From: an uncultured delta proteobacterium
GTDB lineage: Bacteria > Myxococcota_A > Polyangia > Haliangiales > Haliangiaceae
Length of the DNA stretch: 64,000 nucleotides
Assembly (NCBI GenBank): GCA_963764695.1
Contig: CAVXTW010000015.1
Span: forward strand, 349,845 to 413,844
Direction of reading: 5' to 3'
The notes under the pieces were generated by a model. The model worked only from the letters and a program-made list of their open reading frames with translations. It searched no databases and was not told where the DNA came from. Shown here piece after piece: positions 1 to 8,198 of the stretch. Position 1 is the stretch's first letter. The number at the start of each line of letters is the position of its first letter. A program made the translations under genes and the position numbers.

Positions 1-419
1 GCGCCCTGACCGGTGACGATCCCATCGACCCCGACTTCCCGGACGAGCCGTCCTTCATCGACTACTTCGATCTGGCGGGTCTGAGCGGGCAGAAGGCCGT
101 CCTGATCCGCGTGACGTCCACCGAGATCCTTCTCTCCGTGAGCCTGTACGACCGCGATCTTCGTGAGGCCGGCGACCCGGCCAGCGTCATCGATCGCTTC
201 GAGCGCACCTTCGAGCTCGACGGCAGCATCACCGCGGAGCTCGCCTTCTTCCCCGAGCCCGCCATCCGCCACGTCATCGGCGTGTCAACCTCCATCGGCG
301 GGCAGACCGGGAGCTATTCGGTCGAGGTTGTCAACGAAGGCGATCCGGTCGCAACCACGCTCGACATCCCGCCCGCACCGATCCAGGTGCGCCGGTCAGG
401 CGCCGGAGGGGTCCCGTGA
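1..419 (+). CDS. 3' end of a secreted peptidase paralog (C-terminal beta-sandwich/pre-peptidase-like domain); 5' part lies outside the window
   Basis: Translation (…FIDYFDLAGLSGQKAVLIRVT…SLYDRDLREAGDP…GDPVATTLDIPPAPIQ) is ~65% identical to the C-terminal domain of the downstream protease (nt ~2130-2560). In-frame stop at 417-419. Confidence 0.5.
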   Translation, partial: ALTGDDPIDPDFPDEPSFIDYFDLAGLSGQKAVLIRVTSTEILLSVSLYDRDLREAGDPASVIDRFERTFELDGSITAELAFFPEPAIRHVIGVSTSIGGQTGSYSVEVVNEGDPVATTLDIPPAPIQVRRSGAGGVP

Positions 420-512
420 TCGCGCCGAAAGGTGTCCAAGAGGTGGCAGTTCGACCGTCAGGGTGACGGATGGCGCGTGACCGTCCGCAGCCCGCAGCCG
501 AGAGGAGACGTC

Positions 513-2564
513 ATGAGCGTTTCTGGAACAGGAAGAAGCCCGATCGCGATCGCCGCGGCCACGATGTGCCTGGCCATCGGTCTCGCGGCATGCGGAGACG
601 ATCGCTCCAGCGGTGCCTCCATCGAGATAGACGGCGAGGCCGGGCCGAGCGCGAGCGCGGAGCTCGGGTCCGATCGCGGACGGATCGCCGGCTCGGTATG
701 GGAGGACGCCGACGGCGACGGACGCTTCGATCGACACGAGGAGGGCCTGCGCGGCGTGCGCGTGTACCTCGACGACAACGACAGCGGCGTCCTCGACGAC
801 GGCGAGCGCGAGACCACCAGCAAGGCGCGCGGCCGGTATTCGTTCGGCGGACTTTCGGCGGGCACCTACAACGTGCGCCAGGAGGTCCCGTTCGGATTGC
901 GCAACACGACCGGCGGCGAGGGGCCGTCGGTGACGCCGATCGCGGTCGAACGCTCACCGAGCGCGAGCATCATCGGCGGCGCGGTGACGACCATCGAGGA
1001 GTATCCGTTCATGGTCGCCGTGGGTGCCCTCTTCGAGGGAGAGTTCTTCCAGTTCTGCGGCGGCTCGCTCATCGGCGATCGCTGGGTGGTGACGGCGGCG
1101 CACTGCACGGAAGGATCCGTTCCGGAGGAGGTCGCCGTGCTCGTCGGCACCAACGACGTGAACGACGGGAGCGGGCAGGTCTTCGAGGTGGCCGCGCTGC
1201 ACATCCACCCCGACTACATCCCCTTCCCGGACGAGCCGACCGACGAGCCCTTCTCCGTCTTCGCCGGCTTCGACATCGCCTTGTGGGAGCTCTCGACGCC
1301 GGTCGCCCTGGCCGAGAGCGAGCTGAACACGGTCGAGATGCTGCCCGCCGGCACGCAGCTGGACCGGACCGGAACCCTGGCCACCACCATCGGCTGGGGC
1401 GTGACCGATCTCGACAGCGACCTCCTGCAGGAGGTCCACACGCCGATCGTCGACCAGGACGCGTGCCACGAGGTCTACTCCGACTCCATCAACTTCGAGA
1501 CCCAGATCTGCGCGGGCACCCCGGAGGGCGGCGTCGACGCCTGTCAGGGTGACAGCGGCGGCCCGATGCTGGTCCGCAGCCGGGACGACAAGGAGTGGCG
1601 GCTCTCGGGCCTCACCAGCTACGGCAACGGATGCGCCCTGCCCGGCAACCCGGGGGTCTGGGCGCGCGTCTCCGCGCTCTCCGACTGGGCCGAGGCGACC
1701 GCGCGCGAGCCATCGCGCGTGCACCGCGTCGAGGTCCGCGCGGGACGCACCGAGGCGGCCGACTTCGGCGACCAGACCACGCTGCGACCCGATCGCGAGC
1801 GCATCGACCCGCGCTGGCAGCTCACCAACCTGAGCACCCAGCTCGAGGGCGAGGACCGTCTCGCGCTGAGCTGGACCATCATCGACGAGGCGCGCCACCC
1901 GCGCCCGTTCGAGTGCAGCATCGACCTCGACGGGCCCGGCCCCGCCTCCAGCGAGCAGCTGTCCTGCGCCGCGGGCCCCAACCACGCCGAGATCGCTGCC
2001 CCACCGGCTGGCCTCTATCTCTCCGAGCTCGTCGCCGCCAGGTCGGGCGCGAACGAGAGCTTCCGTCGAAATCCGCGCGTCATGGTCGGGACGCCACCGG
2101 TCAGCTCGGTCGACGGGGCCTTGACCGAGGACGACCCGCCCGATCCCGACTACCTCCCCGATCGGTACTTCATCGACTACTTCGATCTGGCGGGTCTGAG
2201 CGGGCAGAAGGCCGTCATGGTCCGGGTGACGACGACGGACTTCATCCCGTTCGTGAGCCTGTACGACCGCGATCTCCGCGAGGCCGGCGACCCGAACAAC
2301 TTCCTCGATCTCTTCGACTTCATCTTCAACGACGACGGCAGCGTCACGGCGGAGCTCGTCTTCTTTCCCGATCCCGCCATCCGCTACGTCATCGGCGTGT
2401 CGCCGCTCTTCGCCGAAGAGACCGGGAGCTACTCCGTCGCCGTGGTCAACGAAGGCGACCCGGTGGCAACCACGCTCGACATCCCGCCCGCGCCGATCCA
2501 GGCGCGACGGTTCAGGCGCGGCGGGGCGATGATCGAGCTGCCGCCGCTCATCCACCCCCGGTAG
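513..2564 (+). CDS. secreted trypsin-like (S1 family) serine protease lipoprotein with N-terminal SdrD-B/Ca-binding-like domain and C-terminal pre-peptidase-like domain
   Basis: RBS agaggag upstream of ATG 513. Lipoprotein signal MSVSGTGRSPIAIAAATMCLAIGLAAC. S1 catalytic triad motifs IIGG…TAAHC, DIAL, GDSGGP. Motif WEDADGDGRFD. Confidence 0.8.
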   Translation: MSVSGTGRSPIAIAAATMCLAIGLAACGDDRSSGASIEIDGEAGPSASAELGSDRGRIAGSVWEDADGDGRFDRHEEGLRGVRVYLDDNDSGVLDDGERETTSKARGRYSFGGLSAGTYNVRQEVPFGLRNTTGGEGPSVTPIAVERSPSASIIGGAVTTIEEYPFMVAVGALFEGEFFQFCGGSLIGDRWVVTAAHCTEGSVPEEVAVLVGTNDVNDGSGQVFEVAALHIHPDYIPFPDEPTDEPFSVFAGFDIALWELSTPVALAESELNTVEMLPAGTQLDRTGTLATTIGWGVTDLDSDLLQEVHTPIVDQDACHEVYSDSINFETQICAGTPEGGVDACQGDSGGPMLVRSRDDKEWRLSGLTSYGNGCALPGNPGVWARVSALSDWAEATAREPSRVHRVEVRAGRTEAADFGDQTTLRPDRERIDPRWQLTNLSTQLEGEDRLALSWTIIDEARHPRPFECSIDLDGPGPASSEQLSCAAGPNHAEIAAPPAGLYLSELVAARSGANESFRRNPRVMVGTPPVSSVDGALTEDDPPDPDYLPDRYFIDYFDLAGLSGQKAVMVRVTTTDFIPFVSLYDRDLREAGDPNNFLDLFDFIFNDDGSVTAELVFFPDPAIRYVIGVSPLFAEETGSYSVAVVNEGDPVATTLDIPPAPIQARRFRRGGAMIELPPLIHPR

Positions 2565-2577
2565 GGGTTCTGCAGGC

Positions 2578-3258
2578 CTACGCCTCGTCGCTGTCGTCGA
2601 GGCGTCCGCCGCGCACAACGCGAAGCTTGCGGCGAGTCCAGGCGAGCTTGAGCTTCAGCCACCCGCGGCGGGCCGAGCGGTTTCGGTGGAGCAGCGCCGC
2701 ACTGACGCCCAGCAGCTCCGGCAACATCCAGGCGATGCCGTAGAACACGGCAAACACGATCGTGACGGCGACGACGACCGCCACGAGCTCGCGTCCGCGC
2801 ACGATGAGCACGAAGTACGCCCTGACCGGCTGATCGGGGAACTGCCGCGCCCACGCGATCACCAGCGTGTCCGCGACCACCATCCCGCCGAGCCGCGGAA
2901 GGTCCCAGGCGGCCGGCAACAGGAACGCGAGGAGGCAGGTCCCGAAACCCGCGATCAGCACGATGCCGGCGAGGTAGCGCAAGAAGCGCCGCTGACCCCA
3001 GGCTCGCAGCAGATCGGAGCCAAACACGTAGATCGTGACGCACGCGAAGATCAGCGAGAGCGGGCTGCCCTGGATGAACGGCCACGTCACGAGCCGCCAG
3101 ATCTGGCCCCGCCAGATCGCCTCGGGCAGCAGCGCCAGGCGGTGATACAGCGCGCCGCCTGCTCGCGCGTCCATGGCGACGATGAGTGACATCGCCAGCG
3201 TCACCGCGATCAGCACGGTCGTGACCTGCGGGCTCCGGCGCTGGACGATCACCGCCAC
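2578..3258 (-). CDS. polytopic membrane protein, rhomboid-like family (catalytic GxSG not evident; possibly inactive)
   Basis: Several hydrophobic helices. Rhomboid-like TM2 region WRLVTWPFIQG…FGSDLLRAWGQRRFLRYLAGI. No clear GxSG/H dyad seen. Confidence 0.4.
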   Translation of the reverse strand: MAVIVQRRSPQVTTVLIAVTLAMSLIVAMDARAGGALYHRLALLPEAIWRGQIWRLVTWPFIQGSPLSLIFACVTIYVFGSDLLRAWGQRRFLRYLAGIVLIAGFGTCLLAFLLPAAWDLPRLGGMVVADTLVIAWARQFPDQPVRAYFVLIVRGRELVAVVVAVTIVFAVFYGIAWMLPELLGVSAALLHRNRSARRGWLKLKLAWTRRKLRVVRGGRLDDSDEA

Positions 3259-3314
3259 GCGCGCATCATACGGCCGGCGCCGCCGATTATCAGCCCCTCA
3301 TCTGGCGCCCTCGG

Positions 3315-4118
3315 TCAGGGAGCGAGCGAACCGATCTCGACCTGATCGGCGTCGGGACGGTCGCGAGGCGTCCCGTTGACCAGGATGCAAGCTCGCTCCC
3401 AGGGCCGCTGACGCTCGAAGAAGGGCAGCTCCTCGGTCATCCACCACTGCCAGAACGCGGCGGCCTGCTCGGGGTCACCGTTGACGCCCTCGGCGATGTC
3501 GCGTGCGAGGGCGCGCCGCTCGGCCTCATCGAAGTCTGCCTGGACCCAGACCGTGGCGTCGATGAGGCCTGCATGCTCTCGCTGGCTCGCGCCGGTGCCC
3601 TCGACGAGGACCAGGTCGAGACCGGCGGGCACGGTGATGACCCCCTCGCGTCCTCGTCGCTCCCACGCCGGTGGCCGGAACGAGACCGCTCGTCCCTCGT
3701 GCAGGGGATGGAGAACGTCATCGGCGAGCAGATGGCCCCAGCCGAAGAGCGGCTCGTGCCAGGCGAGATCGTCGGTGTGGACCACCGCCGATGCGGCCGC
3801 GTGCCCCTGCAGCCGGGCCGCGAGGGTCAACTTGCCGGCGCCGCCGCGGCCGTCGATGGCGATGATCCGGGGCCGGCCCGGCGGGTCCCCCGCTGCTGCG
3901 ACGATGAGCTCCAGCAGCGCCGGCACGCGAACACGTCGCCACGCGACGGCCTCGGGCTCTCCATCTGGCAGCGTCAATCCATGAGGGTAGCACGCGGTGT
4001 CGTGGCACCAGGCCGTTGACGTCGGCTGCCCGACCAGTGCAGCTGTCCTACGCGATCCGCGCGAATCCGCCCCGTCTGGGACGAAAGACCCATGGTCGGG
4101 ACGCGGGGGCGGCGGCAT
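3315..4118 (-). CDS. P-loop nucleoside/nucleotide kinase-like protein (uridine kinase/AAA family)
   Basis: Walker A motif RIIAIDGRGGAGKLTLAARL. Start chosen at ATG 4116-4118 (MPPPPRP). The longer ORF extends upstream but overlaps the divergent gene. Confidence 0.55.
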   Translation of the reverse strand: MPPPPRPDHGSFVPDGADSRGSRRTAALVGQPTSTAWCHDTACYPHGLTLPDGEPEAVAWRRVRVPALLELIVAAAGDPPGRPRIIAIDGRGGAGKLTLAARLQGHAAASAVVHTDDLAWHEPLFGWGHLLADDVLHPLHEGRAVSFRPPAWERRGREGVITVPAGLDLVLVEGTGASQREHAGLIDATVWVQADFDEAERRALARDIAEGVNGDPEQAAAFWQWWMTEELPFFERQRPWERACILVNGTPRDRPDADQVEIGSLAP

Positions 4119-4142
4119 GGTGGCTCCAAAAGGAGAAGCCAC

Positions 4143-5057
4143 ATGCTCTCGCCAACACACTCGTACGCAGACGTGCTCAAGAGCTCCCTGAAGGTGGCCT
4201 GGACCGAACGTCAGGTGCTCGACGGGAAGAACTTCGACTTCGCGCGGCGGTTCCTGCCGCAACGGCTCTCGGGGGTGGACGACATCCGATGCCTGAACGA
4301 CGAGGAGAAGCTGAAACTCAACCAGATCATGGGCAACGCGTACTGCCACATCTTCGCCTACGTGGAGGAGTACATCATCCCGCAGGCGCTCGAGGCGGCG
4401 CAGCGTGACATCTACGGCGAGGAGACGCGCTTGCGCACGCTGCTGCGCTTCGCCGAGGAGGAGTCGAAGCACCAGGCGCTGTTCCGCGCCTCGATGAGCC
4501 TGTTCGAGAAGGGATTCGGCGTGCAGTGCGATCTGATTCCGGGCCGGGAGGAGGTGGCCAGGGCCGTGCTCGGCAAGTCGCGACTGTGCAGTTATCTACT
4601 GACGAGCATGATCGAGTGGTTCACGCAGCTGCACTACGTGGAGCACGTGAAGGACCGGCGCGACCTCGATCCGCTGTTCCAGGACCTGCTGCGCTACCAC
4701 TGGATGGACGAGGCCCAGCACGCCAGGATCGACTCGCTCCTGATCACCGAACTGTGCGACGAGATCGGCTCGGATGACCGCGAGAAGGCCATCGACGAGC
4801 TGCTCGAGCTCGGCGGCGCGGTTGACGGGCTCCTGTCCCAGCAGGCGGACCTCGACATCGATAGCCTCGAGCGCGTCACCGGGAGAAGCTTCGACGACGG
4901 CGAGCGGAGCGAGATCAAGCAGCACACGCTACGCGCGTACCGCTGGACGTTTCTCGTGTCCGGACTGGAGCACCCGAAGTTCGTGCAGATCGTGTCCGAG
5001 CTGACGCGCGACGGGCGCGCCAAGCTGGAGGCCGCCGCCAGAGCGCTCTCCAGCTGA
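4143..5057 (+). CDS. ferritin-like di-iron protein, AurF/p-aminobenzoate N-oxygenase-like family
   Basis: RBS aaaggag 8 nt upstream of ATG 4143. Two EExxH-type motifs (FAEEESKH, HWMDEAQHA) spaced as in di-iron carboxylate oxygenases. Confidence 0.55.
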   Translation: MLSPTHSYADVLKSSLKVAWTERQVLDGKNFDFARRFLPQRLSGVDDIRCLNDEEKLKLNQIMGNAYCHIFAYVEEYIIPQALEAAQRDIYGEETRLRTLLRFAEEESKHQALFRASMSLFEKGFGVQCDLIPGREEVARAVLGKSRLCSYLLTSMIEWFTQLHYVEHVKDRRDLDPLFQDLLRYHWMDEAQHARIDSLLITELCDEIGSDDREKAIDELLELGGAVDGLLSQQADLDIDSLERVTGRSFDDGERSEIKQHTLRAYRWTFLVSGLEHPKFVQIVSELTRDGRAKLEAAARALSS

Positions 5058-5081
5058 CGCGGCGCGCGCTCGGGATCTTCG

Positions 5082-6155
5082 TCAGGTGCGGAATCCGCGG
5101 TCGCGCGCGAACACGATCGCCTGCGCCCGCGTCCACACACCGAGCTTGTCGAACACGCTGGAGACGTGGTTCCGGACCGTCTTCTCGCTGATCGCCAGGC
5201 TCTCCGCGATGTCTGCGTTGCCGAGGCCGCGCGCGATCAGCGCGAGCACCTCGCGCTCGCGGGCGGTGAGGCGATCGAAGACGGCGTCCGCCGCCGCGGG
5301 CGCCGACACACCCACGAAGTCGAGGACACAATCCTGGAAGCGCGCCCAGGCCGGCTCCTCTTCGAGGAGGATGTGGTTGCGAGAGTCCAGCTCGACGAAC
5401 TGTGCGCCCGGGATGCCGGCCGCGAGCACCCGGCCTTCGGTTGCGGGACACACCTCGTCGTTCCGCGCGTGGAGGACCAGCGTCGGCGCCTGGATCCGAC
5501 CGAGCAGCGCCGTCGCGTCCAGGTCGGCACGGCACTCGAGGATCCTTGCCGCCATCTCTCCCGTGCTGGTCCGGCGGCAGAGCTCGTTGAACCAGGCGAT
5601 CTGCGCGTCGCTTGCCTCCGGCATGAAGCGCCCGGTGAAGACGTGCCGGAAAGCGGGGTTCTCCTTGCCCCAGCCGGCGCGAATGACCTGGGCGATGGCG
5701 CGGAACTCTCGCTCCTGGTCGGCGTCGTCGCGCCGCGCCCAGCCGCGTGCGTAGCCACCGTAAAGGATGAGCCGAGACACGCGCTCGGGATACAGCGCCG
5801 CGTAGCCGATGCAGGTCGCGGCGCCCTGCGAGATCCCGAGAAGGGAGACCGGCTCGACGATCCCGGCCGCCGAGACCACGGCGGCAAGATCCTCGACCCA
5901 CCGCTCGGCCGAAGGGTCGTCGACCTGCCAGTCCGTCAGCCCGCACCCGCGCTGATCAAAGCGCAAGAAACGGAAGTGCTCCCCGAAGAAGCGGATCCAG
6001 TGTCCCCATGCGGGGCTCTCCAGCTCGTACTCGAGGTGCGACAGCCAGTTCGGGGCCTTGACCAGAACCGGCCCCCCGCCCATCTCCGCCCACGCCAGCT
6101 GCACGCCGTCGGTGGTGCGCAAGTAGCGAATGCGCTGGCGGGGCCTCTTCTCCAT
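5082..6155 (-). CDS. alpha/beta-hydrolase fold protein fused to C-terminal LuxR-type HTH domain
   Basis: N-terminal hydrolase motif LLGISQGAATCIGYA (GxSxG-like). C-terminal REREVLALIARGLGNADIAESLAISEKTVRNHVSSVFDKLGV. GGAGG RBS before ATG 6153-6155. Confidence 0.7.
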   Translation of the reverse strand: MEKRPRQRIRYLRTTDGVQLAWAEMGGGPVLVKAPNWLSHLEYELESPAWGHWIRFFGEHFRFLRFDQRGCGLTDWQVDDPSAERWVEDLAAVVSAAGIVEPVSLLGISQGAATCIGYAALYPERVSRLILYGGYARGWARRDDADQEREFRAIAQVIRAGWGKENPAFRHVFTGRFMPEASDAQIAWFNELCRRTSTGEMAARILECRADLDATALLGRIQAPTLVLHARNDEVCPATEGRVLAAGIPGAQFVELDSRNHILLEEEPAWARFQDCVLDFVGVSAPAAADAVFDRLTAREREVLALIARGLGNADIAESLAISEKTVRNHVSSVFDKLGVWTRAQAIVFARDRGFRT

Positions 6156-6441
6156 GGTCGGGCCTCCTTCGATTATAGACCTCGTTCGGTCGGCCGCGTG
6201 AGCCATTGGTTCGAGGCCGTCACCCGGCGCCGCCGGCGGCCACGATTCGCTTTGCGAGGCCTCCCCCGCCCGCGGCCGACGAGGACACCGAGTCGCCGTG
6301 TATCAGTGACTGGCACGTACCAGATACGTTCCAGTCTGAAATATCGATTCAGGCAAGAATTCCTTTGTCGCTCGATTGCAGCGCCGCAGTACGTTCTCCC
6401 GTGCCGGCCAGCGTCGGCCAGGCGTTTCAAAGGAGGGTGTC

Positions 6442-6855
6442 ATGCGTCGTTGTTCCGTGCTGATCATGAGTGTGGCATTGAGTCTCGGACTCGCATCTTG
6501 CGTCCTCGACGAGGGCGACCCGTCGGACGAGATGGGTGAAGTCGACGAGGCAGAGGAGGTCGGAAGCGCATCGCAGGCGCTGACGCGCGACCAGCCGGCC
6601 AGCAGCGGAGGCGAGGTGGCGGCCGCACCCGGCGACCCGCAGCTCGCGCCCGCCGGTCAGGTCTGCGGCGGCCTGTGTCGGGAGAGCGTCAACTGGGCCT
6701 ACTCGACCTGCCGCTGGAACGTGACCCAGGACTGCCGCGAGCGGATCGTCGAGTTCTGCCACAACCGGAACTGGAGCTTCATCGACGCCTACTGGCGGAG
6801 CACCTGCTACGAGGGCTGGGTGCGCCTCTGGCCCGCAGTGACGGCCGACAAGTAG
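6442..6855 (+). CDS. small secreted Cys-rich lipoprotein (unknown function)
   Basis: RBS aggagg then ATG 6442. Lipobox MRRCSVLIMSVALSLGLASC. 8 Cys in the mature part. Confidence 0.5.
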   Translation: MRRCSVLIMSVALSLGLASCVLDEGDPSDEMGEVDEAEEVGSASQALTRDQPASSGGEVAAAPGDPQLAPAGQVCGGLCRESVNWAYSTCRWNVTQDCRERIVEFCHNRNWSFIDAYWRSTCYEGWVRLWPAVTADK

Positions 6856-7430
6856 CCCTCTGCCGGCACGCCGCGTCCAAGCTCGGCGGCCAGCCGCTTG
6901 CGCGCGGCGTGCAGCCGCGACCAGATGGTCCCCTCGGGCACGCCGAGGATCTCGCCGATCTCGCGGTGCGATAGCCCATCGACCGCGAACAGCGACAGCA
7001 CCGCGCGGTGATCCGCCGAGAGCACGCCGAGAGCGCGCTGGAGCGCCTCGCTCTCCTCGCGGCGGATTGCCGGATCGCCCGCGAAGGGAGCCGCGGGCTC
7101 CTCCTTCATCTCCTCGACGCGCCGGGACACCTCGCGCGCCCGGTGGCGCAGAGCTTCGCGCACCGCGATGCGGTACATCCAGGTCGACAGGCGCGCGTCG
7201 GCCCGGAAGCCGGGCAGCGCTCGGAACACCGAGACGAAGGCTTCTTGCAGAGCGTCCTCCGCAGTGGCGCGGTTGCCGCAGAGATGCAGACAGAGCCGGA
7301 ACAGCGGCTCGCGGAAGACCTCGAAGATCCGCGTCTGCGCCGCAGCTCGCTCGCGGGCTGCCGACGAGACGGCCGCCGCCAGGAGCGCGCGCTCCTCCGC
7401 GACCTCGAGCCTGGGCGCGCGCCCGTCCAT
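6807..7430 (-). CDS. ECF (sigma-70 family) RNA polymerase sigma factor
   Basis: Region 2 (AEDALQEAFVSVFRAL…LSTWMYRIAVREAL) and region 4 (HREIGEILGVPEGTIWSRLHAARKRL) motifs. Confidence 0.8.
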   Translation of the reverse strand: MDGRAPRLEVAEERALLAAAVSSAARERAAAQTRIFEVFREPLFRLCLHLCGNRATAEDALQEAFVSVFRALPGFRADARLSTWMYRIAVREALRHRAREVSRRVEEMKEEPAAPFAGDPAIRREESEALQRALGVLSADHRAVLSLFAVDGLSHREIGEILGVPEGTIWSRLHAARKRLAAELGRGVPAEGYLSAVTAGQRRTQPS

Positions 7431-7433
7431 CCG

Positions 7434-8087
7434 CTACTCGAGCTCGGCCCGCTCGCGCAGGAGACGCGGCAACACGACGAGGCGCGACCGCAGCGCGAGG
7501 ACGACGAAGAGCAGGACCAGCATCGCGCCCCCGGCGATCCGCCAGGGCGTGAGCTCGCCCGCCGCGAGGAGCCCGCCGACCGGAAGCAGGGTGAAGAAGG
7601 GCAGCACGAGCGCGTTCTGTTTCTCGATCTTGATCAACCTGTCGAGCTGTGACCGCAGCAGGACCAGGAGCGATCCAGGCGCGTGCTCCACCTCCCGAAC
7701 CTCGGCGATCGACCGGCGGGCGACGATACGGCCCCACACCACGACGGCGAGCCCGGCGATCAAGCTGGTGGCGATGTAGCCCCGCCCGAACACCAGGCCG
7801 ACGAGCGGGGCCGCGACGACCACCGCGGCGAGCCCCTTCCAGACGCCGGCGAGCATCTGCTTCCGCCAGCGCTCCACATTCCGCCCGAGCTCGCTCCAGT
7901 CCACGTCGCTGATGGCATCCGCCGCCTGCGTCCTCATGGCTTGCTCCAGCTCTCTCGACCGCGCCTCGAAGGCGCGGCAGGCCTCGCACGACGACAGATG
8001 CTGCGCCAGCCTGCCGGCCGGTTCCGGATCGAGCGCTCCGTGGAGCCGCTGCTCGATCGCAACTTCGAAGTCGTCGCAACTGGTCAT
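7434..8087 (-). CDS. membrane-anchored zinc-finger anti-sigma factor
   Basis: N-terminal HxxxCxxC motif (HLSSCEACRAF) followed by TM helices. Lies immediately upstream of the ECF sigma gene on the same strand. Confidence 0.7.
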   Translation of the reverse strand: MTSCDDFEVAIEQRLHGALDPEPAGRLAQHLSSCEACRAFEARSRELEQAMRTQAADAISDVDWSELGRNVERWRKQMLAGVWKGLAAVVVAAPLVGLVFGRGYIATSLIAGLAVVVWGRIVARRSIAEVREVEHAPGSLLVLLRSQLDRLIKIEKQNALVLPFFTLLPVGGLLAAGELTPWRIAGGAMLVLLFVVLALRSRLVVLPRLLRERAELE

Positions 8088-8198
8088 GGCCTTCGAGCTT
8101 CCTGTCCCTTTCGAGTCAGGAGGGTCGCCAGACCTTCACACGGGCCGGTGAAAAGTTGGGTCCCCTGCCAGGGCCGCAAGATCAGGCGCAGAGCAGGC

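Noticed and set aside
954-2618. 554-aa minus-strand ORF and 360/382-aa Arg-rich plus-frame ORFs inside the protease gene
   Set aside because: Alternate-frame artefacts of high GC. The S1 protease frame carries all catalytic motifs.
3315-4472. Full 385-aa ORF as the kinase gene
   Set aside because: The upstream 118 codons overlap the divergent RBS-supported gene starting at 4143 and lack motifs. The shorter start at 4118 is preferred.
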